Shown: positions 42,762-55,046 of the stretch, in pieces | How the letters are laid out: each line of letters starts with the position of its first letter | Position numbering within the stretch: position 1 is the stretch's first letter | Assembly: GCA_036172245.1 (NCBI GenBank) | Contig: JAYWIR010000023.1 | Coordinates: forward strand, 372,001-436,000 | DNA length: 64,000 bases | Direction: 5' to 3' | DNA from: Raillietiella orientalis | Taxonomy: Eukaryota | Program-made: the position numbers and the translations under genes | The notes under the pieces: model-generated | What the model was told of the DNA's origin: nothing | Databases searched by the model: none | Seen by the model: the letters and a program-made list of their open reading frames with translations, nothing else

Positions 42762-44106
42762 CAGCGTTTCCCAAACTCAGCTTTTCCTATGACGGAACAC
42801 TTCACAAATCCTGAAATTTTAACGGAAGCCTTGGTTATTTTATAGGGAAGGAAGAGATTAATAATGAATAAATTAAGCAAGTAAATATAAGAGTTAAGAA
42901 AACAAAACAAACTTTTAATCTCAAATTTTAATTATATAAAACAAAACACATGAAAATAGTAACATAAACCAGCGTATATATAGTAAATTGTAATGTAATT
43001 ATTAATACAGTTGAATGTATCTTTTCCGGTAGCTCGTTCTTGTGGATATTCGCACATGAGTAAATCTTCTATACGATACATAACGAACAAATACCAGTGA
43101 TACAGCGAGCCCTGCGATATCTGTAGACTCATCCATTTGCAATACAGAATCACTGCAAAGTCTAAATCGGTGAATTAGCTCTTTCCTCCATGTCGGACCT
43201 TTGATGTGGCATGAAACAGTATTACTTGATAATGTATCTATTTTTTTAGCAGACTCTTCTCTTGAGATGCATGATGCAATGCCTTTCTTCACATAAGGCT
43301 TGATGACTTCTCTCCAGTTGTATGAACTTCACCAATGCGGTAACACGCGAAAAGATTCCTCTGCTGCATTTCCATTTTCGGTTTTAGCAATCGTCTGAAG
43401 TTTAGATTTTTTCAGTGGATCGCTCAATCTCTTAAAACAAATGATATCTTTTTCTTTGCAATGAGCATGTTTCGTTTCTAAGTGCCTACGTAGTTTAGCT
43501 GGAGCCAATGAACTGTTTGCTAGCATTCTATTACATAAACACATCAGGAGCATCTGTATTGCCAAAACACGTAAATCCCCAATTTAAATAACTTTCATCG
43601 TATTTCCTTTTCGGTATGCTCTTAGATGACATTTGTTTCTTAATATTAAATTTTGAAGAAATCACAGTTTCTTTTCCAATCATGGATGTGTCAGAAGTAC
43701 TTTCCTCTCCTTGTTTGAAAGTTCCTGTCTTTAGCCAGCAATCCATGGGTAATTTTTGAATAATATTGAAATCCTAATGTTAGTCAGAACTGTAACAGAA
43801 GCAAAAAAATTTTGTCATGAAAAAGACCGCAACACAAAAAAGCTAAATGTGAAATCATTGGCACTTTTTAGTAAATGTGTCAATAATGTAAAAGCAATTG
43901 TAACAAGAATGATCTGATAAAATGTTTAGTAACGAAATTTTTAGTAGCAAAGTGAGGAGCGCCTGAGTTTCAGACATGTTTTAACTTGATGCAGGATTTA
44001 AAATATATTAATTTTCATAATTTTTCACGGAACAACTTATTGACTCTCCGCGGAACACTGGTGTTCCGCGGAAAGTCCTTGGGAAAACATAGTTTGGGAA
44101 ACAGTT
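42762..44106 (-). mobile_element. Internally deleted hAT transposon (Buster/Charlie, ZBED5/SCAND3-like transposase pseudogene)
   Basis: Frameshifted transposase: KRKYDESYLNWGF, CLCNRMLANSSLAPAKLRRHLETKH (BED finger), LSSNTVS, LQMDESTDIAGLA..VFVRYV. TIRs CAGCGTTTCCCAAACT / AGTTTGGGAAAC. Subterminal CGGAAC repeats and palindrome TCCGCGGAACAC..GTGTTCCGCGGA. Confidence 0.9.
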
Positions 44107-44991
44107 AGAGTCTAACTCCTGCCTTTTCGAACTGCAGAAGAGTGGGAAGGAAGGAGCTTCCATCCTCTGATTTTAAGGACATTAGCTCTGTTTGCTTTAA
44201 TGTGAGGTCCGAGAGCAGGGATGGAGCTTCCCCTTTCTCAGTCAAAAAGGTTTTACTAAAAATCGACTCAGTATTACTCAAACAGATTTTGATTTGTGAA
44301 GCTCACAATAAGATGGAACAATGACAGGGGCACCAGAAGTTTATGTACACTCTGTCTGATTGGGCATGATTATAAAAATTTGTCTAGAAACGATGTATCG
44401 TTTCTAAACTGAGGTGCGCACTGACAAACTCCTTTCTCACTTTCAGAGGTTACACTAATGCAATGTGAAAACTACCTGGATACGTAGCACGAATACCCCT
44501 GAATTTTGAAATTTGCAAAATAACTAACCGATCGAAATTTCCAATTTCCTAGAACTTGGAAATTTCAATTTTTAATCTCTCATAAATCTGCTGAGAAATA
44601 GATTCCGTACTCTAAAAATGCGGACTAATGCAAAACAAAAAGGAATAAACCTTCTGAGAATAATCAATGAAGCTCGTATCATGTTTCCATTAGACAAGCT
44701 TTTGTGTCATTTTTGCAGATAGGAATTGAATTAAAGGATACAGGGCAAGAGTTTACCTAGAAATATGAATTTCAACCAATGTTTCTGCAAGCGAAGATAC
44801 TAGAACTAGTTCTTTAACAACGAAGGCAACCTTGGTAAGGGAAAAGAGATCTAAGGGAATTAATTGTGTGAAGCCGCAGTTGCTAGGGATTTTCTACTCT
44901 GTAGCAGTATGTAGACCTCATGCACTTGCAAGGAGATCAGATTATAGTAACAGGCTAAAGAAATTGCTGTACGAATCACTCCTGGTGAGAC

Positions 44992-45183
44992 TGGTTAAAA
45001 ATAAATACTAATACCTGGGATTCTATGTGGTAGCTAATAAAGATTGCGAAGAGAAACTGCATCAGGATTTATGAGTCTTTTAAGCACGCTGGTATTTCCA
45101 ACTGATCATAGAGAACAAAGTTGATTTGGCATCTGTAACGTTCTTCTAGACCTGGAGTGATAATAGGTAAGAAAGGATTGGAG
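44992..45183 (+). pseudogene. rpsC: Bacterial ribosomal protein S3 fragment, Wolbachia/Rickettsiales-like, frameshifted
   Basis: Translation across small indels: LKINTNTWDSMW / ANKDCEEKLHQD / ESFKHAGIS / IIENKVDLASVT / SSRPGVIIGKKGLE. RPGxxIGKKG is the bacterial S3 KH-domain signature. Confidence 0.85.
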
Positions 45184-47533
45184 CGGAGCAGCTATTTAAA
45201 CTTAGACTGAACCAGTTTCAAAACTTCACTAACAGGCGTAGGATTCCTTCAAGAAAAGTGAACAGTTTTTGTAAAAACGCTGAACATATGTAAGAAAACA
45301 ATTTTCAGATGAGCTGTTTTCTACTCTTAAATTGGAGATTAGTCTAAATTCACAAAATTACAAACGGCAACTTGTATGGAAAAGAACTATTAAGAGAAAA
45401 ATAATTCAGGTTGGATTAATCAGTGCAAGTGAGGCTCAGCAAACTTTAAAGGAAAATTAAATGACCGAGGATTGGATTGGAAGATTGTGAAAATGAGATA
45501 AGAGAAGGCAATGAGTAGTAAAGTGGAATTAGGGAAAATGGAAACCTTGCGGGCAAACGGTCTGAAGCATAAAACGAAAATCATGGTAATACGAAGAATC
45601 AAGGAAATAGTGGGACTAATACGAAAAATCATTTACGTTTCTAAACATAGTCTTGAAAAATATGTATATAATTTCTCAAGCCTGAAACAGATATGAGCAA
45701 AAAAAAGTCCTATTCCATGTAGCCAAGGCAACTTTGGAATCCTCAAAGTATTTGAATGGATGGTAAGGGGGAAAAAACCATAATCATCTCTTTGTCTGAA
45801 TACGCATAAATTGTGGCAGAATAGAAAACAATTTTGAGAATTTTGGTCACTCTCAACAAACCCTGCACTGCAAATTAGAAAATTGCACGTTGTAGAGATC
45901 GAGGACGATTGAAACACTCGATAATGTTCACATGTTGGTGAATCAAGTAGGTAGCTTTGAAGAGGAATATATCTTTCAGTCTAATTTGGTTGGATTAAGT
46001 TGACTTGAAAATAGGCAAAACCAGAAAGAATCGTCTCGAAAAACGGGTGAACTTGAGCTTACTGCTAGATAAAGATCCTTACTGATTGGGGCTTTCTTTT
46101 TGTTTATTATAGTCTGTTTTATTTCTTGCATAAGGTGGTTTACTGTAAGTACTTCATATCCAATCTAGCTGTGAGGCAAAAAAAAAAAAAGCACCAGTTT
46201 CTTGCTTGAATTTATTGTTAAAACGATCATGTGCTGATGGTTATCATACCATGTCGTACATTGGTTACTTATCATTCGTTGCTCACGATACTTGCTACCG
46301 AACTATCATTTTTTATCCCGGTTGTAATGAACTTCGGCTTGCAACTTCAGTTGCAATTTTTGCAATAATAATTTATTCTCTCATTACTTCAATCTTTCCT
46401 ATTTCACTCTAAAAAGACTGAAATGATTCCATCTTTAAAGCAATAGAAAAACCAAAACCAGCCCCACAGAAATTCTGTTTACCCCAATATTTTGCTTCAT
46501 CTTTGTAATACTGGGCATAAGTAATAGTCTAAATGTCAGCTTGCAAACATTCCATTACAATTCTCAAATTTGCATCGCATTTTTTCAGTCATTCAGAGTT
46601 TTGGAGATTAATTTCCTACTATCAAACAGTTCTATCTTGCATCATACTTCCTGAATGCATGCTAGAAACATCCATGGTGCCTTGATGCTTTTGTCTCACT
46701 TTGTCTGTTTTTCTTTTATTGATTAGAATGGGCATGAGATTTTAAAAGTATTTGTTAACTACACCAAATTTTAATCTCAATATCAAATCACTGCTTTTTT
46801 TTTTTTTTACATAACTTGGCTGTACATCACTAGAATCTTTTCATTTTCTGTTACCATCTTTTTGTTCTAGAATGCTTTCAATTTGTCAACACTTATTACA
46901 TCTTTCAATTATCTCTTTACTGACATAATCCTGCAGTTGATTAATTGCTTTGGATCTGCATTCCTTCTCAATTGACAGCTGCAAATGTGGAAAAGAAAAT
47001 GTTTGATGTCACCATGTGCATGTGGACGCTTTTCTCATTGTTAATTTCATTTTCATACAAACTGTTGGAAATTTCTTGTGTACATGAGATAACTGGCACC
47101 CCAACTTTTTTCAACTCTTCTGTTTTGTTAATAACCTAATGTTAATGAGATTGCTGAAGTTTTTCACTTCTTACTTGTATATAATACTTGAAGTCAGAAT
47201 CCTTATCTAATGATTTTTATTTTTACTGTATTATCTATTATTTCCTTAGCCATTAATTTTTCATGTACCTTGACTTTGTTCATATTATCTCAGTGATGGC
47301 TACTCAAGCCTGCTTAAAATTGTTTAAAATCAAATACAACCCTAAAGATCTGGTTTCTAATTAATGAGCCTTTCAAAACAGATACATAATCTGCATTGTG
47401 TTTGTATATTCGAAAGATATAATTTACTGCTTCTTTATGCAATGCTTTCAACTGAGAACTTTCACAAAGCAGTTTAGTAAAATAAGGATTGTTTGTTTCA
47501 AGATTCATCTGAAATGTGATTAGAAAAAACATT

Positions 47534-48217
47534 TTAAGCTCCAAAACAGCTCCTACCTTTGTAAGCACTCTGTAGTGCCAATGCAATACTATGTACATCG
47601 CTTTCAATTATGTTTGCCCAGTTTACAACATCTCCCATTTCTTTGAGAGCCATTTTCAAATTATTCACCAGCAATAACCAATTCTGTAACTGTTTGTTGA
47701 AGTTGGAAGAATTGTGGTATAGACGCTTAGTTTCAACATCAATTTTCTTCTGATTCATGTATGCTTGAGCCACGCTAAAATCGAAAACACGGTTAAAACC
47801 TGCAAAAATCAAGCACACAGCATGCCCACAAGAGGCCTTCTAACGATCACAAACGCGGATTACATGTCGCTGGTTCTTTTCAGGAGATGTCAAAAAACTA
47901 TGAATATTGTATCGATCGTGTTGGCATGATTTGCATGGCGTGTCGCCATGAAACGTGTAGGTTACTAGAGTACCCACAAAAATCAAGCTACCAAAGCAAC
48001 TCGAGAAACGAATGCAAGTTTGAAACATTACCCCAAGTTTAGGTGATCCACTAAAGTATCTGTTAATGACACTGCGGCATCGGTGGCTGATTTTAGCAGC
48101 TTTTCTACAAAGGTGGTCATTGAAAGGAAGGAATTCATTGTCATCCATCACAGTACCTTGAGTCTCCTTTTTTTGGTTCTGTCGTGCATGGTGCTCCTTT
48201 AGTATAGAGGCCAACAT
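47534..48217 (-). CDS. BLOC1S1: BLOC-1 subunit 1 (BLOS1/GCN5L1), ~124 aa
   Basis: Exons 48217-48157, 48104-48032 and 47774-47534. MLASILKEHHARQ..LTDTLVDHLNLGVAQAYMNQKKID..ALKEMGDVVNWANIIESD..AYK. Confidence 0.93.
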
Positions 48218-51200
48218 CTTGTTTTATGTTTCTCATCCAAAGTATAGTTTCCTTGAGACTTGCGACACTTCGGCACCGGAGGCCTCCAGCTGAGCCTCCC
48301 TCGAGCGCCACGCAAGAGGATGGCTGCGTTGAATGTCGCAACGGTAATTCCGCGTTCCAAGTGTACTAATTTTTCGAAATGCTCATACTAATAATAATAG
48401 TAATAAAGGATGGCCGTAGTTGCTTGCACAGAATGCGAAATCAAGGATGAAATTCTGTAAAAGCAAACGTGTTGCCGGTTTCTGGGTATGTTTGCTGCAT
48501 TTGTGCATGGTTAGTGCATTTTGATTACCATCAAAGTGTACGCATCATTAAAGTGACATGCCGAAAACGTTTCCTTTGGAACTTAAACCGAAAGTTTACA
48601 CCTAATTCTAATTCAATGTGCACGTGATGTTCATCCGCAAGACATATAGAGAATCTGACTGCGTTTAGTAAGGATTTAGTTTTAAATGAAAGTTCATTTT
48701 GAAAATATACTATTCCAAGATTTCTTTCCATACTTTACATAGACTAGGTTCCAGTGTTCGGAGGGAGTATTTTATAATCGACACATTTGTTAGTGTTTTC
48801 CAAATAATTGCAAGTGGTAGTTAAACCTTTCTGTTATATAGGTTGATTTTCGATTTAACGTGAATGCACTGAATATGACTAGCAGGCCAACTCTTGAAAG
48901 TTTTTTTTTCAATCCAAGTCTGATAATCCGACAGGCACGAAAAATTGAAGCACGAAAAATTTTGCATCCAGTTTGAGCAACCTTTGTTTGTGAGAATGAT
49001 GCACCCGTTTGAGTTTGAAAACTCTTGCAAATCAGACATTGTCCATGTGTCAGGAACATGTGTCAGCCCACTTCCTTAACAATTTTAACTAATTTCTGTC
49101 ATGATTCACTGTCATCACATCAGCACCAGAGGTTCCACTTCAGTACTGTGAAATTGCAACCCATCCTTTTTTCCTCATCTTTGGAGATTTCATTATTTTT
49201 CTTCTTGAAATTTTCTAATGGACATAACTCCATCCTGTTACAGTTGAGAGTACAGATGATGAAGAATTAGTAACTCAGAGTAACACGAGGGAATGCTTGA
49301 GTTGGAGATGTTTGAGATTGTGTGAACAATGATTTGAAGAAATGGAAGTCAAAGATTTAGATGAATTACATGCAGGATGAAGGACACAAGGGGGAAAGAA
49401 CGTATTTTGCAGGAGTTGAGCTCAAGAATCAAATTCATCTTCTTACAAGAAAGTTACGTCTATGAAGATTCATATGCTTTACTGACTGCAGGTACAGGTT
49501 TTCTACTGCAGCATTTGAGTAGGGAGGAGGAAATGAAAGTGAGAAAAAGTGCATTTTATGAGGATTATTCACTTTTTGCTCACCTAGACTGAGATTGTCC
49601 TTGTCCTTTTACAATATATAGAAGACTCCAAGCAGACAGATGTTGAGATTCCCAGGATTTCAAATAGAAAGAATAGGTGGCAATATCAAAGTAGCAGATG
49701 ACAACCAATATCAAGATGAGACAAAGAGAAAGAGAACAGCATATCCTCAAAATCTCCATTTTGTTTTGACATATGCCAATATAGAATGTTCACAGAGTGT
49801 TGAAAGCATTTCTGCAAATAAGATGTGCATGAATGAAGCGGATTAAATCTTAGCTTGAAAGAACTGACAATGAATCCTTCAGTAAGAAACTGCTGGTTCC
49901 AGAAAGGAAAAATCCCCTGAATTACACCAAACTGAGATGTTACTTCAATAAAATTTTACCATGTGACTATACTGTATTCCATCATTCTTTTTATTAAGTA
50001 TTGCAATCCTATTTATTAACCATTCATATAATGAAATGTGTCGAATGCTACAAGGAGTTCTTGCAAACAAAGTAAAGATTGTTTGAAACACAGAAGAATC
50101 TACTAAATGATTCTTATTCATCAAAAAACATCTTATTTCATTTATTTAGTTTATTTTCTTTAATACTTAACAATCAACCATGAGAAATGAGTGTGGAAAC
50201 ACGAGGCTAAATCCAGAACAGCTGCTTTGGGCATTGATATAAAAGAAACTCATTGTGAGCTCAAAAGATCTGATTAAAATCAAAATCTTATGAATCAAAC
50301 ACATTAAACAAGGCATTCTTGAAGCATGGGAAAACATCATTAATACTAATGAAAATCCAAATAGTAGTCATGAAGATATTGTAACATCTTTTTCTGCTGC
50401 CACAAACAGCTCCCATCTTATCAACCAATACATGAAACAAAGCAAATCCAATGCAGAATTTTACGAGTTGCCCCTCATAATGAAGAGCTTGAGTGCAAAC
50501 TTAGATAAGGTTTTTCTTCTCTCTACTCTCTGTTCCACAAGCTAGGGACACCAAATAAAGGTATTTTATTGTTTGGAATGCTTGGAAGAACTAACATGTA
50601 AGTTTCATATAGACTTGTGCACACAAAAACATTAAGAAGTCACATTACTGCAAACTTCGTAGTAGTTGTATGATAGGAGGCATCACTCAGCTCAAATGCT
50701 TGTTCCAGAAACTGGCACTTTTCCAAGCAATGCAATTAGGTGAAATGCAAATGAATATCAAAATGATAATTCAGCTATGTAAAATCGCCATCCACATCCA
50801 TCCATCACTTTACCTGATTTAAAGGTAACCCACAAACTTTATTGTTCTTTAGTTCATAAAACTGTAGCAAATCATGATGGGAAAAGGATGCAAAAATACA
50901 ATCATTGTTAGCACACAATGATCTCTAAATTCATGTGCAGAGAAAACTGATTAACACAAGTTATTTTGATGATGAGCTGTAAGAATTGCAGAATTTTTTG
51001 AACACTGAAAACTTCTAATCTTAAATAACTCTGACACGAAGTTACTGAGAACTATATTGACCAATAACAAATTTATAACAATTATTCGATCTACAACAAA
51101 TACAAATGCAATCCAAAAATAAGATAATAATAGACCAATCTACTGCTTTACCATTTTTTCAGTATCTAGTTTTCAAATTTTTGTGTAACAAGCCCCTCAT

Positions 51201-51303
51201 CAACAATTAACGTCAATATAACCGCAAAAATGCACATTGTACTTCCGTAAATCAATAAATAAGATATGTAATTTAATAGAATTTACAGCATTTTCTGACC
51301 ATC

Positions 51304-54300
51304 TCAACATAAACTTCCTTCATGGAGTGATTGTCTCCCAGAACTCTTTTCAGCAACATTCTGAAAATAAGAACAATGCATTCCTATTCATACTCATTAT
51401 CACTTGCATGAAAATGAATGCTACAATCAACTTACCTCCTTCAACTGACTAGGACTAAGAGAACCCACAGACTTGGGAATAGCTCTAATTAAATCTCTTG
51501 CAAGCTTTGCATATTCAACATCCAAATCCATTATAGCTGGGGAAGCAAAAGCCTTTTTTATTGCTTCCACATCTTGTTCATCCCATGCTTTTAGTGTTGT
51601 TTGCAGAATACTTATCTGATAAATCAAGCATGAAAATACAAACATTTTCTAGTGGTTAGCTGATCTTATGTGAGTTAAAAAAATATGTAGATAAGCGTTT
51701 GATCACAATTATGCTATTAGATCCATTACTATAGAATCATTAAACATTCTTTTTCTCAGCACACAACCCCTCCTTATCTTAATTCAAAGTGTCTATAATG
51801 CAAAAAACAAAAACAACAATAACAACACAAGCAAGAACAGTACCAAGTGCCTAACAGAATAAGTAAACAGTGCGATGATTTCATTTGGGAAATCATTGCA
51901 CTGTTTAATTATTGTTTTAAATCAAAACAAAAACCATGAACATCACCAAGCACAATAACAAAAGGGATGATAACGGAATTATGAATTTACATGTAAACAG
52001 AACATCAAGAGCATATACATGTAAGACACACTGAGATATCTTACTTCTTCCGAATCACAAAAAGATCCAAAATTCTGCAATATCTTACTAGCAGCAACAG
52101 AATCCTCTCTAGCTAACTGAACTAGAAAAAGCACAATTACGAATCTGCCAATCATTCTACAATCTGGCTCCTTCTGAAGAATCCTAATGATGTTTTCGAT
52201 ATTTTTGCTAGCATTGTCAAACCTAAAACAATAAAGGTTTGGTTTCATTTAAACAATACATACTGTTTCAAATTAATCATCAACTGGGATGTTCTATTTA
52301 GAGATTTCATTGCAGATTTCATGTTATCACAAGCCTAAATAAAATAAAACATGTGAATGAATTTGATCCAACACAACCCCAACTTGTAATTTTGTTCTCA
52401 TGTCACTTTTTGCTAGATTTTCATGGTGATTAACATGATATGCCTATATGAAACTAAGGATAAAATAATTAAAACCTCAAACATGCAACAATAATTCACA
52501 AGCTAAAACAAACAGAATTGGAAAATTGAATAATGACCACTCTGATAAACAAGAAAAAGTAGTTTAAGGATAGTTTTTGTAAAAACTGTTTGTCATGCAA
52601 CTTGGAATTATTAACCTAATGCACAAATGTGCACATATCAATGGATAAAATCAATAAACCTGGGTATATCTTAATAAACAAAAGGATCTACTCATATCAG
52701 CTATGCACAGAAATCTGATTTAATTTCACACTTTGATACTCTCAATGAAGTAGTTCCAATGCTTCAACTGATGTTCAGAACTTAAATCTGATAAACAGCA
52801 AAGAAAAATCTATGGCAGATTACGTGCTGTGATTCACCACTGAACTTTAATTCACTCTGCTATAAATTCTCCCATGCAATGGTACAGAATTCTCAATAAA
52901 AAGTTCAACATGCATACCAGGAATACATCAGATGCTTTCTCATATAATACGATGGCTTTTTCAGCATGGGTTTCTTCAATCAGTTTTGCTCCCTTTAAAG
53001 CTGCTGTGCCACCACTCTCAAGTAATCCTTGTTTCACATACGTGGAATAAGCTTTCACATTTAAGTCAAAAGCTTCATCAATGTTTCCCTGCTTTCTACT
53101 CATAAAAGCAGCTTGTTCAAGACATCTACAAGGAAACAAAAAAAAGCCAAAAGAATCCTGGTACTATTCTACCTAAATACCTAGCGGAAAAAAGAATCCT
53201 GAGTTTATGTTAAGGATGGTTAGAATTATTTTTATCCAACACAATGTACTTTTCAACAACCTAAGAGTAACATTTATTTTGCTTTTCAATCATTACAGCC
53301 ACTTAATTAAAATTAATGGATTATCAGCCAATATGTTAACAACTACTATTAGCTGGATTACAATTAGTGCATGAATTTAGTTATCATTTAAAATTTCATT
53401 AAATACAATTTCTGGTTCAGTTCAAGAATGCTTCAGTTCAGCCCAACTGAAGTTAAAAACTAAAACTTTGTCCTACTCTCAAGCTGTGTTATACTTGGAG
53501 AATTTTACATTTTTGCAAACACATCAAACAATAAACCTGCACATTCACATGAACAGATTATTGGAAATCTTGTTTCATCAATAAGTTGTAGGTTTTCAAT
53601 TTTATCTTCACAATTTTCTATTATTAAATTTAGATGAAACTCATTTGTATTTTTAGACATGTATTGGACTTATTAAAAAATAAGATTATGAGCTGATCAC
53701 CTTGTTCTATCTCAGGGCAGCAATGACTGCATTAAAACTGTACATTTGTTTTAATGTATACTTTAAGACTATTTTCATTTTATTTTCTAAACCTTGTATT
53801 GATTTTGATTTCACTGAACTAAAATTTTCATACAAACATCAATGATCTTGAACTTTTCTTAACTGTGAATCACTCACATTGTAAACATCAAATGCTTAAA
53901 ATTAAGTTAATTTTTGGAAATTAATGCATAATTTTTTGAATCAAAACACCCATCATATCCTGTTAATCAAATAAAAGTGAATATGTACCACAAAAACCTT
54001 TCATTCATATTTTTAATTGTTTGAAAATTAAGCATTCAGCATAACATTAAATGCAGGCATAATTTCAATATTATATATCCAACAAACCACAATAAATTAA
54101 TGAGTTAATATAGGTAGTTATCATAGTTATTAATGGCCCTTGTGCAAGGATGATACACAAAATCATGAAACTTATACTTGCAAAACAATGAGTTTGGCAT
54201 TTTTTTAAATACATTTTTTGAATATCTCATAGTAATCTAATAAAGCACTTTCATTTTGAAGGATACATTTCTTCATGTGCAAAGCAATCAGCAGCTTTCA

Positions 54301-54524
54301 CAAAACATTCTTTTGCACGATCAAACTGTTCGACAGTTTTATAGCACACAGCTAGAAATAACGAATTCTTAATAAGAAAACAAGGATAGTATACGTACCT
54401 GCTTTGCTGTACTTTGTAGCAGCAGCATCATAATCCGGTTTTCTCTTAAACAATGATACCTTCATGCTGAAAAATCAATAAAAATTAAGATATTTTGTAA
54501 ATGAATTCATCAAAAGTTCATTGT

Positions 54525-54557
<33 letters not shown>

Positions 54558-55046
54558 AATACTAGACATTGATAAATTCAGTCATTTTTTCAATTAGAAA
54601 ATGTTTTCACAGGTCCCTTCAGAGAAATAATGCGTTCACAGTGCTATACAATAAAGACATGATATAATTCGAAAAACGACTACTTAGGTAAATTCAAAAA
54701 TTATCCTAGTGACTCTTTAACTATGACCATGTTGAGGATTTCCTTGATTTGGGTTCAATAAACGTTTACACCTCGCCTTGAATTGGGGACTTACACATCT
54801 TTTAAATCATGAATATGGGTCTCGATACTGTTATTCTCGTTTTAGAATCAACATGTAGCTAGAAGTCCTATAATCAAAAGAAATTTTCCAATTCACCGAG
54901 CTTATATTCAAATGATGTCATCGATGGATAAATTGCAAATAAAGGTATATTTAACACTAGATGCAACAAAAAAAATACTAAACTAACCATTTTTCTGCTT
55001 CTTTGATATATTCTTCGGCTTTTGCGGAATTCCCTTGCAAAGACAT
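51304..55046 (-). CDS. NAPG: Gamma-soluble NSF attachment protein, 307 aa, 9 coding exons
   Basis: Exons 55046-54988, 54466-54399, 54351-54267, 53198-53181, 53125-52918, 52334-52264, 52222-52045, 51615-51436 and 51360-51304 join in frame (924 nt). EAEKCMKVSLFKRKPDYDAAA, LVQLAREDSVAA, LDVEYAKLA, C-terminal GSLC. Confidence 0.92.
53199..54266 (-). other. U12-type (minor spliceosome) GT-AG intron of NAPG
   Basis: 5' splice site GTATCCTTC (54266-54258); branch site TCCTTAAC (53216-53209) ending 10 nt before the intron end; no polypyrimidine tract. Confidence 0.9.
54133..54169 (+). pseudogene. U6 snRNA fragment (internal stem-loop region)
   Basis: ATGGCCCTTGTGCAAGGATGATACACAAAATCATGAA versus remembered U6 ATGGCCCCTGCGCAAGGATGACACGCAAAATCGTGAA: 32 of 37 identical, all differences are transitions. 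Confidence 0.8.

Noticed and set aside
44642..44674. GINLLRIINEA resembling the Hsp70 motif GLNVLRIINEP
   Set aside because: No PTAAA or other Hsp70 sequence around it; probably chance within repeat-derived DNA.
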